A stretch of 64,000 bases of DNA from the human T2T-CHM13v2.0 reference genome, Homo sapiens: assembly GCF_009914755.1 (NCBI RefSeq), contig NC_060937.1, one strand, 5' to 3'. Position 1 is the first letter of the stretch. Every line of letters starts with the position of its first letter. The notes below the pieces were generated by a model. It made no database searches, was not told the origin of the DNA, and saw only the letters and a program-made list of their open reading frames with translations. Below are positions 16,412-28,307 of the stretch, piece by piece. Made by a program: the position numbers and the translations under genes.

Positions 16412-16855
16412 TACTATGGATTGAATGTTTGTCCCTTTCAAAACTCATGTTGAAACTGAGTCCCCAGTATGGCAATATTGACAGGTCAGGCCTTTAAGAG
16501 GTGATTGGGTCCTGAGGGCAGAGGCCTCATGGGTTAATCTATTCATGGATTAATGGGTTGATGGATTAAAGAGTTACTAGCACAGGAGTGGGACTGGTGG
16601 CTTTATAAGAAGAGGAAGAGACACCTGAGCTAGCACGCTCATTTCCTTCGCCATGTGATGCCGTGCACCACCTTGGAACTCTGAAGAAAATCTTACCAGC
16701 ATGAAGGCTGTCATCGGAATGAAGGCTCTCACCAGATGTGGTGCCTTGAAGTTGGACTTCTCAACCTCCATCACTGTAAGAAATAAATTTCTTTTCCTTA
16801 TAAATTACCCAGTTTCAGGTATTCTGTTACTAGCAACAGAAAATGAATTAAAACA
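16412..16855 (+). mobile_element. MST (MSTC/D-like) MaLR solo LTR
   Basis: Termini TACTATGGATTGAATGTTTGTCCC and GCAACAGAAAATGAATTAAAACA. Perfect 5-bp TSD CATGT at 16407-16411 and 16856-16860. Confidence 0.85.
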
Positions 16856-17238
16856 CATGTATCCCAGGGAACTGGGCCAGGTGCAATGGCTCACGCCTAT
16901 AATCCCAGCACTTTGGAAGGTCAAGGAGGGCTGGTCAGGAGTTTGAGACCAGCCTGGCCAACATGGCAAAACCCTGTGTCTACAAAAAATACAAAAATTA
17001 GCCTGGCATGGTGGCATATGCCTATAATCCCAGCTACTTGGGAGGCTGAGAGAATTGCTTGAACCTGGGAGGCAGAGGTTGCAGTGAGCCAAGATTGTGC
17101 CACTGTACTCCAGCCTAGGCAACAGAATGAGACTTCATCTCAAAATAAATAAATAAATATATAAACAAAATTTAAAAAAATACAAAATACAAAAATTAGG
17201 TGGGTATGGTGGCACACGCCTGTAATCCCAGCTACTCA

Positions 17239-17445
<207 letters not shown>

Positions 17446-17645
17446 TCAAATGTAATGAAAGACATGACTCTTCACACCCAAGAAGCTCAACAAATTTCAA
17501 GTATAGAGAACCAGACAGAGACGCATTATAACCAAGCTGTCAAAAGCCAAAGAGAGCATCTTGAAAGCAGCAAGAGAGAGGCAACTCATTATTTACAAGA
17601 AATTCTAAATAAAATTAACAATTGATTCCTCATTAGAAACTATGA

Positions 17646-17819
<174 letters not shown>

Positions 17820-19441
17820 TGAGTAGCAGGGACTACAGGCACAAGCCACCAATGCCGGGCTAATTTTTGTATTTTTTGTAGAGTTGGGATTTTGTCATGT
17901 TGCCCAGGTTGGTCTTGAACTCCTGAGCTCAAAACAATCCTCCCCCCTCAGCCTCCCAAAGTGCTGGGATTACAAGCATGAGCCAGCAAGCCTGGCCAAA
18001 AAATTTTATCTGGCAAAACTATATTCAGTAATGAAGTAGAAATTAAGACACTCCCAGATTAACAAAAACTGGAGAAATTTGTCACTAGTAGACCAGCCCT
18101 ACAGGAAATGCTAAAAGGAGTCCTTCAGGCTGACATGAAAGGCAATATACAGTAACTTGCGGCCATGTGAAGAAAGAACTTCAGTAAAGGTATTACAACT
18201 ACATAGGTAAAGGTATTATAACTACAAAAAACAGTATTACTATATTTTTGCTTTATAACTCCTTGTTTTTTATATGATTTAAAAGACAAGTGCATAAACA
18301 ATAGTTATAAATATATGTTAATCAGCACACGATGCATGAAGATGTAGTTTGCAGCAATAGCAACATAAAGGAGGGATGGAGCTATGTAAGAGCAAAGTTC
18401 TGTATGCTATTTAAACTAACCTGGTATAAATTCAAACTTGATTGTTATAAATTATAATGTTAACTGTAATCCTCAGGGTAATCACTAAGAAAATAACTAA
18501 AAAATATAAAGTAGAGTCAGGCAGCAGTGCCTGTAGTCCCAGTTACTTGGGAGGCTGAGGCGGGAGGATCCTTTGAGGCCAGGATTTGAGCAGTTAGCTT
18601 TGATCACACCTGTGAATAGCCACTTCACTCTGGCTGGGCAAGAAAGTGAACCCCCACCTCTAAAACATAGAGATAAAGCTACATGACCTTGGATCTGGCA
18701 ACAGTTTTTTAGTTTGACATAAAAACCTCAAGCAACAAAAGAAAAAATAGATAAAATTGTCTGGGAATGGTGGCTCATGCCTGTAATCCCAGCAATTTAG
18801 GAGGCCAACTTAGGGCGATCACTTGAGGTCAGGTGTTCTAGACCAGCCTGGCCAACACGGTGAAACCCCGTCTCTACTAAAAATACAAAAATTAGCCAGG
18901 AGTGGTGGTGCACGCTTGTATCCCAGCTACTCAGGAGGCTGAGGCAGGAGAATTGCTTGAACTTGGGAGGCGGAGGTTGCAGTGAGCCAAGCTTGTGCCG
19001 CTGCACTCCAGCCTGGGTGATAGAGCAAAACTTCGTCTCAAAATAAAAAAAAAAAAAAGGAAGGAAGAAAAAGTAGATAAATTGAGCTTCATCAAAATAA
19101 AAACTTTTGTGCATCTAAAGACCCTATCAAGAAAGTGAAAAGACAACCTACGGAATAGGAGAAATTATTGGCAAATCATGTATCTGCTAAGTCTAGTATC
19201 TATAATACATGAAGAACCCTTATAATTCAACAAGAAAAAAGACAAGCAAGCCAAATAAAAAATAGGCAAGGGATATGAATAGTTCTTCAAATAAGATATT
19301 CTAATGGCCAATAAACACATAAAAATATGCTCATCATTCATCACAAGGGAGATGCAAATCAAAATCACAAGATATCATTTTATACCTATTAGGATGGTTA
19401 TAATTTTCTGCTGTTGTTTTTTGTGTTTTTGTTTTTGATGA

Positions 19442-19621
<180 letters not shown>

Positions 19622-20713
19622 TGAATTTTTAGTAGAGACAGGGTGTTAGCCAAGATGGTTTCGGTCTCCTGACCTCATGATCCACCTGCCTCTGCCTCCC
19701 AAAGTGCTGGGATTATAGGCATGAACTACCATGCCCAGTCAAAAACATTTTTTTTTGAGACAGGGTCTTGCTCTGTTGCCCAGGCTGGAGTGCAGTGCCA
19801 TGATCACAGCTCACTGCAGCCTTGACCTCCTGGGCTCAGGAGGGTGATCCTGCCATCTCAGACACCCAGGTATCTGGAACTACAGGTATGCACTGCGATG
19901 CCTAGATATTTTGGATTTTTTGTACAGATGGGGTTTCTCCATATTGCCCAGGCTGGTCTTGAACTCCTAGGTTCAAGTGATCCACCTGCCTCAGCCTCCC
20001 AAAGCTCTGGGATTACAGGCATAAGCCATGAGCCATTGTGCCCAGACTAAAACATTTTTTAAACCAGAAAATAAGTGTTGGCAAGGATGGAGAAAACTGC
20101 AACTCTTGTACATTGCTGATGAGAATGTAAAATGGTGCAGCTGCTGTGGAAAACAGTTTGGTGGTTCCTCAAAAAGTTAAACAAAGAATTACACACAAGA
20201 GTTAGCAATTCCGCTCCTAGGTGTTTACCCAAAAGAATTGAAAATAGGAACTCAAACTCAAAAATACTAAGAATATTGTCATATTCTGTCATAATACTAA
20301 GAATATTGTCATATTCTTAGCAGTATTATTCACAATAGCCAAAATGTAGAAATAACCCAAATGCCCATTAACTGATAAGTGGATAAATAAAAGTAGTATG
20401 TCCATATAATGGAATATTATTCAGCCATAACAAGAGTTAAAATTCAGCTGGGTGCAGTGTCTCATGTCTGTAATCCTGGAAGGCTGAGGCAGGTAGATCA
20501 CTTGAGCCCAGGAGTTCGAGACCAGCCTGGGCAACATGGCGAAACCCTGTCTCTACAAAAATATACAAAAATTAGCCAGGCCTGGTGGTGCATATCTGTA
20601 GTCCCAGCTACTCGGGAAGCTGATGTGGAAGGATTGCTTGAACCTGGGAGGCAGAGGCTGCAGTGAGTCAGAAGCTGCAGTGAGTCAGAAGCTGCAGTGA
20701 GCTGAGATTGCAC

Positions 20714-21841
20714 TGAGAGGTGACAACGTGCTGGCAGCCCTTGCTCACTCTTGGCACCTCCTTGGCCTCGGCGTCCGCTCTGGCCACGCTTGAGGAGCCC
20801 ATCAGCCCACCGCTGCACTGTGAGGGCCCCCCTTGGAGTCTGGCCAAAGCCAGAGCTGGCTCCCTCTGCTCCTGGGGAGATTTCAGGGAGAGGCGTGGGT
20901 GGGAGCCAGGGCTGCAGGCGCAGGTTCTGGGTGGGCATGGGCTTGGCGGGCCCTGCACTCCTAGTGGCCAGCACCTACTGGGCTTCATCTGGGACGAGCT
21001 CCCTCTGGGCTGCCGGAATGCCTGGGCTAGGTGCCGCAAAGTCCCATGGGAAGTGCCACTGAGAGGTGAACCCGGCTGGGCTTCTGGGTTGGGTGGGGAC
21101 CTGGAGAACTTTTCTGTCTAGCTAAAGGTTTGTAAAAACACACCAATCAGCACTGTGTCTAGCTAAAGGTTTGTAAATGCACCACTCAGCACTCTGCGTC
21201 TAGCTAATTGGGTAGGGGACTTGGAGAACTTTTGTGTCTAGCTAAAGGTTTGTAAATGCAGCAATCAGCCTTCTGTCAAAACGGACCAATCAGCTCTCTG
21301 TAAAACAGACCAATCAGCTCTCTGTAAAATGGACCAGTCAGCTCTCTGTAAAATGAACCAATCAGTAGGATGTGGGTGGGACCAGATAAGGGAATAAAAA
21401 GCAGGCTACCCAAGCCAGCAGCGGCAAGCCGCTTGGGTCCCCTTCCATGTTGTGGAAGCTTTGTTCTTTCACTCTTCACAATAAATCTTGCTGCTGCTCA
21501 CTCTTTGGCTCTGCACCACCTTTATGAGCTATAACACTCACCACGAAGGTCTGCAGCTTCACTCCTGAGGCCAGCAAGACCACAAACTCACCGGAAGGAA
21601 CAAACAACCCCAAACGCACCGCCTTTAAGAGCTGTAACACTCACCGCAAAGGTCTGCAGCTTAATTCCTGAAGTCAGCGAGACCACGAACCCACCAGAAG
21701 GAAGAAACTCTGGACACATCTGAACATATGAAGGAACAAACTCTGGACACACCATCTTTAAGAACTGTAACACTCACTGCGAGGGTCCACGGCTTCATTC
21801 TTGAAGTCAGCGAGACCAAGAACCCAGTAATTCCGGACATA
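20714..21841 (+). mobile_element. 5' LTR (LTR12 family)
   Basis: GC-rich U3, ~41-bp TGTCTAGCTAAAGGTTTGTAAATGCACCAATCAGCACTCTG repeats and 24-bp CCAAT repeats. GATAAG at 21385, TATA-like AATAAAA at 21393, poly(A) signal at 21480-21485, then U5 repeats. Confidence 0.95.
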
Positions 21842-21844
21842 TTT

Positions 21845-21862
21845 TGGTGACCACGAAGGGAC
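21845..21862 (+). promoter_or_regulatory. Retroviral primer binding site (tRNA-Arg)
   Basis: TGGTGACCACGAAGGGAC is the complement of the tRNA-Arg 3' end GUCCCUUCGUGGUCGCCA with one CpG-type mismatch. It lies 3 nt after the LTR. Confidence 0.9.
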
Positions 21863-23165
21863 TATCGCCTATCACCAAGCAGTAAGACTATCACCAAGCA
21901 GTGAGACCACTGCCTATCGCCAAGCGGTGAGTACTATTGAACCCCTTTCACTTGCTATTCTGTCCTATTATTCCTTAGAATTTGGGGGCTAAATAATGGG
22001 CACCTGTTGGCTAGTTAATAGCGACTAGCGCGGCTGCCGGACTAAAGACACGGGTGTCAGGCTTTCTGGGAAAGGGCTCTCTAACAACCCCTGACTCTTC
22101 GGAGTTGGGAGCATTGGTTTGCCTGGAACCAGCTTCCACTTTTCCTGTACTTCTGGGCTGAGCTGAGGGTTGACAGAGAGGAAAGCCATTCAGCTCTGGG
22201 GTCCCAACAGCAAGCTGGTTGACCCTGTAGCCATGAGCGGAACTCTCAAAGTCATGTCACCCAAGCGAGACTCGCCCATCTATTCTATCTACCCTGACCC
22301 TTGCCTCCTGGGTCCTAATGCCTGCTAGACAAACTTCCTCTTGCCTCTCTTCTCCGAAGCTAGTCCCGCTTCTAAAAGTCACTCCCTGTCTCTGGTGCTT
22401 TTCTAGTTTCTCTTATAAGAATGATTTCTAGTATAAACTCCAGGACTCTGTTACCTTCTTTCAGCACCTGGGGTCACCAATCAGAAAGACATAATTTTTG
22501 CCCAAAGCCCCATCATGGGGGGACTACCTGGAATTTTAGGATCCCTCCTCAGACTAGCAGGCCTAACAAAAGCTATTCCTGAAGCTAGGATATGGGAAGC
22601 CTCAGAAATTGTATCCTTCCTATTCATATAAGTGAGGACAAAAGGTGTCACTCTTCCAACTCTGGAGATCCCTTCCCTCCCTCAGGGTATGGGCCTCCAC
22701 TTCATTTTTGGGGCATGACATCTCTATAGGACATGGGTAAGGTCCCAATACTAACATGAGAATGCTTAGGACTCTAAAAAGTTTTGAAGAATGCATCAGT
22801 CAGGGCCATTAAATCCGATTTTTCTCAGTCCTCCTTGTGGTCTAGGAGGACAGGCAAGGGTACAGGTTTTTGAGAATGCATCAGTAAGGGCCACTAAATC
22901 CGACCTTTCTCAGTCCTCCTTGTGGTCTGGGAGGAAAACTAGTGTTTCTGCTGCTGCGTTGGTGAGCACAACTATTCTGATCAGCAGGGTCCAGGGACTG
23001 TTGTGGGTTCTTGGGCAGGGGTTGTTTTTGCTGCTGCATTGGTGAGCGCAACTATTCCAGTCAGCAGGGTCCAAAGACCATTGCGGGTTCTTGGGCAGGG
23101 GGAGAAACAGAACAGAACAGAACAAAACAAAACAAAACAAAACCATGGGCAGTTTTGTCTTTCAG

Positions 23166-24624
23166 ATGAGAAACACTCAGGTATCAACAGGCTCACCCTT
23201 GAAATGCATCCTAAATCATTGGGACCAATTTGACCCACAAACCCTGAAAAAGAGGTGGCTAATTTTTTCTGCACTATGGCCTGGCCCCAATATTCTCTCT
23301 CTGATGGGGAAAAATGGCCACCTGAGGGAAGTATAAATTACAATACTATCCTGCAGCTTGACCTTTTCTCTAAAAGGGAAGGCAAATGGAGTGAAATGCC
23401 TATGTCCAAGCTTTCTTTTCACTGAAGGAGAATACACAACTATGCAAAGCCTGCAATTTACATCCCACAGGAGGACCTCTCAGCTTACCCCCATATCCTA
23501 GCCTCCCTATAGCTCCCCTTCCCATTAATGATAATCCTCCTCTAATCTCCCCTACCAAGAAGGAAATAAGCAAAGAAATCTCCAAAGGACCACAAAAACC
23601 CCTAGGCTATTGGTTATGTCCCCTTCAAGCTGTAGGGGGAGGGGAATTTGGCCCAACCTAGGTACATGTCCCCTTCTCCCTCTATGATTTAAAGCAGATC
23701 AAGGCAGACCTTGGGAAGTTTTCAGAAGATCCTGATAGGTACATAGATGTCCTACAGGGTCTAGGGCAAACCTTCAACCTTGCTTGGAGAGATGTCATGC
23801 TACTATTAGATCAAACCCTGGCCTTTAATGAAAAGAATGTGGCTTTAGCTGCAGCCCGAGAGTTTGGAGATACCTGGTATCTTAGTCAAGTAAATGATAG
23901 AATGATAGCCAAAGAGAGGGATAAATTCCCTACCGGTCAGCAAGCCGTCCCCCGTATGTATTCCCACTGGGGCCTTGACTCAGATCATGGGGACTGGAGT
24001 CATAAACATCTGTTGACCTGTGTTCTAGAAGGACTAAGGAGAATTAGGAAAAAGGCCCATGAATTATTCAATGATGTCCACCATAACTCAGGGAAAGGAA
24101 GAAAATCCTTCTGCCTTCCTCGAGCAGCTACGGGAGGCCTTAAGGAAATATACTCCCTGTCACTTGAATCACTCGAGGGTCAATTGATTCTAAAAGATAA
24201 GTTTATTACCCAATCAGCCACAGATATGAGGAGAAAGCTCCAAAAGCAAGCCCTGGGCCCTGAGCAAAATTTGGAGGCATTATTAAACCTGGCAACCTCA
24301 GTGTTCTATAATAGGGACAAAGAGGAACAGGCCCAAAAGGAAAAGCAAGATCAGGGAAAGGCCACAGCCTTAGTCATGGCCCTCAGACAGACAAACCTTG
24401 GTAGTTCAGAGAGGACAGAAAATGGAGCAGGCCAATCACCCTGTAGGGCCTGTTACCAGTGTGGTTTGCAAGGACACTTTGAAAAAGATTGTCCAATGAG
24501 AAACAAGCTGCCCCCTCGTCCATGTCCACTATGCCCAGGCAATCGCTGGAAGGTGCACTGCCCCAGAGGACAAAGATTCTCTGAGTCAGAAGCCCCCAAC
24601 CAAATGATCCAACAACAGGACTGA
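23166..24624 (+). pseudogene. HERV9 gag, frameshifted with stops
   Basis: ORF 23797-24624 has capsid-like sequence and an intact CX2CX4HX4C knuckle CYQCGLQGHFEKDC, plus a second degenerate knuckle. It ends QQQD-TGA, in frame with pro. Confidence 0.9.
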
Positions 24625-26813
24625 GGGTGCCTGGGGCAAGCGCCAGCTCATGTCATCAACCTCATTGAGCCCTGGGTATGTTTAACCATTGAGGGTCAGG
24701 AAATTGACTTCCTCCCGGATACTGGTGCGACCTTCTCAGTGTTAATCTCCTGTCCTGGACGACTGTCCTCAAGGTCCATTACCATCCAAGGAATCCTGGG
24801 ACAGCCTGTAACCAGGTATTTCTTCCACCTCCTCAGTTGTAATTGGGAGACTTTGCTCTTTTCACATGACTTTCTTGTTATGCCTGAAAGTCCCACACCC
24901 TTATTAGGGAGGGATATATTAGCCAAGGCTGGAGCTATTATCTACATGAATATGGGGAAGAAGTTACCCATTTGTTGTCCCCTACTTGAGGAGGGAATCA
25001 ACCCTGAAGTCTGGGCATTGGAAGGACAATTTGGAAAGGCAAAAAATGCCCACCCAGTCCAAATCAGGCTAAAAGACCCCACCACTTTCCTTATCAAAGG
25101 CAATATCCCTTAAGGCCTGAAGTTCATAAAGGATTACAGGATATTGTTAAACATTTAAAAGCTCAAGGCTTAGTAAGGAAATGCAGCAGTCCCTGCAACA
25201 CCCCAATTCTAGGAGCACAAAAACTGAACGGTCAGTGGAGACTAATGCAAGATCTTAGACTCATCAATGAGGCAGTAATTCCTCTATATCCAGTTGTACC
25301 CAACCCCTATACACTGCTCTCTCAAATACCAGAGGAAGCAGAATGGTTCACTGTTTTGGACCTCAAGGATGCCTTCTTCTGTATTCCCCTGCACTCTGAC
25401 TCCCAGTTTCTCTTTGCCTTTGAGGATCCCACAGACCACACGTCCAACTTACGTGGATGGTCTTGCCCCAACGGTTTAGGGATAGCCCTCACCTGTTTGG
25501 TCAGGCCCTGGCCCAAGATCTTGGTCACTTCTCAAGTCCAGGCACTCTGGTCCTTCAGTATGTGGATGACTTACTTTTGGCTACCAGTTCGGAAGCCTTG
25601 TGCCAGCAGGCTACTGTAGATCTCTTGAACTTTTTAGCTGATCAAGGGTACAAGGTGTCTAGGTCAAAGGCCAAGCTTTGCCTACATCAGATCAAATATC
25701 TAGGCCTAATCTTTGCCAAAGGGACCAGGGCCCTCAGCAAGGAACGAATACAGCCTATACTGGCTTATCCTCACCCTAAGACATTAAAACAGTTGCGGGG
25801 GTTCCTTGGAATCACTGGCTTTTGCCGACTATGGATCCCCAGATACAGCAAGATAGCCAGGCCCCTCTATCCTCTAATCAAGGAGACCCAGAGAGCAAAT
25901 ACTCATCTAGTAGAATGGGAACCAGAGGCAGAAACAGCCTTCAAAACCTTAAAGCAGGCCCTAATACACGCTCCAGGTTTAAGCTTTCCCACAGGACAAA
26001 ACTTCTCTTTATACATCACAGAGAGAGCAGGGATAGCTCTTGGAGTCCTTACTCAGACTCGTGGGACAACCTCACAACCAATGGCATACCTAAGTAAGGA
26101 AACTGATGTAGTAGCAAAAGGCTGGCCTCACTGTTTACAGACAGTTGCGGCAGTGGCGGTCTTAGTGTCGAGGCTATCAAAATAATACAAGGAAAGGATC
26201 TCACTGTCTGGACTACTCATGATGTAAATGGCACACTAGGTGCCAAAAGAAGTTTATGGCTATCAGACATCACTTACTTAGATATCAGGCGCTACTCCTT
26301 GAGGGACTGGTGCTTCAAATATGTACATGCATGGCCCTCAACCCTGCCACTTTTCTCCCAGAGGATGGGGAACCAATCGAGCATGACTGCCAACAAATTA
26401 CAGTCGAGACTTATGCCACCCGAGATGATCTCTGAGACATCCCCTTAGCTAATCCTGACCTTAACCTATATACCGATGGAAGTTCATTTGTGGAGAATGG
26501 GATATGAAGGGAAGGTTATGCCATAGTTAGTGATGTAACTGTACTTGAAAGTAAGCCTCTTCCCCCAGGGACCAGCACCGAGTTAGCAGAACTAGTGGCA
26601 CTTACCCGAGCCTTAGAACTGGGAAAGGGAAAAAGAAAAAATGTGTATACAGATAGCAAGTATGCTTATCTAATCCTACATGCCCATGCTGCAATATGGA
26701 AAGAAAGGGAGTTCCTAACCTCTGGGGGAACCCCTGTTAAATACCACAAGGAAATTATGGAGTTATTGCACACAGTGCAAAAACCCAAGGAGGTGGCAGT
26801 CTTACACTGCTGA
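24625..26813 (+). pseudogene. HERV9 pro-pol (protease, RT, RNase H), disrupted; integrase not found
   Basis: DTG protease motif at 24718-24726. RT motifs LDLKDAFF, LPQ and YVDD (25559-25570). RNase H motifs YTDGSSF near 26469 and YTDSKYA. Several frameshifts and stops. Confidence 0.92.
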
Positions 26814-27689
26814 AGCCATCAAAAAGGGGAAGGAGAGGGGAGAACAGTAGCATAAGCAGCTAGCAGAGACAGGGAAAGACCAGCAGAAAGGAAAGAGAGA
26901 AAGAGATAGGAAGTCAGAGAAAAAGAAAGAGAGGAAGAAACAGACAAAAAGAAGGAGACAGAGAGGAAGAGACAGAGAGACAGAAACAGAGAGACAAAAG
27001 TCAAAGAAGGAGAAAGAGAGGAAGAGACAGACAAAGAGGGAGTCAGAAAGAGAGAGACAAAGGAGTCAAAGAGAAAGAGAGATGGAAGTAGTAAAGAAAA
27101 AACAGTGTACCCTATTCCTTTAAAAGCCAGGATAAATTTAAAACCTATAATTGATAATTGAAGGTCTTCTCCATGACCCTATAACACTCCAATACCACCT
27201 TGTTGTCAGCGCAAACAAGGGCATAGCCAAAAAGCACTGAGGCCACTGACAACCCGTAGCCTTCCTATCAAATATCCTTAACCCAGCAGGTTTCCTAACA
27301 GGGGATCTAAATTTGAAGGTCTGACCAGACCTAGTAGGAACTCCCTTCAGGAGAGGATGATAGATGGTTCCTCCTGAGCGATTATGGAAAAAGACACAAT
27401 GGGCATTCAGTAAGTGATAAGGAAATTCTTATAGAAGCAGAGTTAGGAAAATTGCCTAATAATTGGTCTGCTCAAATGTGCGAGTTGTTTGCACTCAGCC
27501 AAATCTTAAAGTACTTACAGAATCAGGAGGGAGACATCTATACCAATTCTAAGTTAATATGGACTGAACAAGGTTTTATTAATAGCAAAGAAAAATTAAA
27601 ATCCCAAACTTACAAGGTTTTCAACTAAAGTAAAGTTTGCTAAAAGTTAACAGTGTAACATGCATTATCTTACTGCCACACACTCTCAA

Positions 27690-28152
27690 AGAATTTCTCA
27701 GACAGTTTGCAGGAAGTGACGAAATCTATCCTTACTCTACAATCCCAAATAGACTCTTTAGCAGCAGTGACTCTCCAAAACCACTGAGGCCTAGACCTCC
27801 TCACTGCTGAGAAAGGAGAACTCTGCAGCTTCTTAGGGGAAGAGTGTTGTTTTTACACTAGCCAGTCAGGGATAGTATGAGATGCCATCCAGTGTTTACA
27901 GAAAAAGGCTTCTGAAATCAGACAATGCCTTTCAAACTCTTATAACAACCTCTGGAGTTGAGCAACATGGCTTCTCCCCTTTCTAGGTCCCGTGGCAGCC
28001 ATCTTGCTGTTACTCACCTTTGGACTCTGTATTTTTAACCTACTTGTCAAATTTGTTTCCTCTAGAATCGAGGCCATCAAGCTACAGATGGTCTTACAAA
28101 TGGAACCCCAAATGAGCTCAATTAACAACTTCTACCAAGGACCCCTGGACTG
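27690..28152 (+). pseudogene. HERV9 env TM remnant
   Basis: [34 protein letters not shown] contains the immunosuppressive domain (27773 onward, stop at 27785) and CX6CC (27824-27850). No SU domain was recognised. Confidence 0.9.
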
Positions 28153-28296
28153 ACCTGCTGGGCCCTTCCACTAGCCTAAAGAGTTCCCTTCTGGAGGAGA
28201 CTACAACTGCAGGGCCGCTTCTTCGCCCCTATCCAGCAGGAAGTAGCTACAGTGGTCATCAGCCAAATTCCCAACAGCAGTTGGGGTGTCCTGTTT

Positions 28297-28306
28297 AGAG
28301 GGGGGA
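28297..28306 (+). promoter_or_regulatory. Polypurine tract
   Basis: AGAGGGGGGA lies directly before the 3' LTR start at 28308. Confidence 0.85.
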
Positions 28307-28307
28307 T

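Noticed and set aside
20498-21121. Overlapping 100-158 aa ORFs here and at 28325-28757
   Set aside because: They are stop-poor frames in the GC-rich U3 of LTR12, open on both strands and not conserved between the two LTRs.
23797-26185. 275-aa gag and 242-aa RT ORFs as possibly domesticated genes
   Set aside because: They are internal fragments bounded by frameshifts and stops, the gag ORF has an out-of-frame middle section, and the conserved RT LPQG is altered to LPQR.
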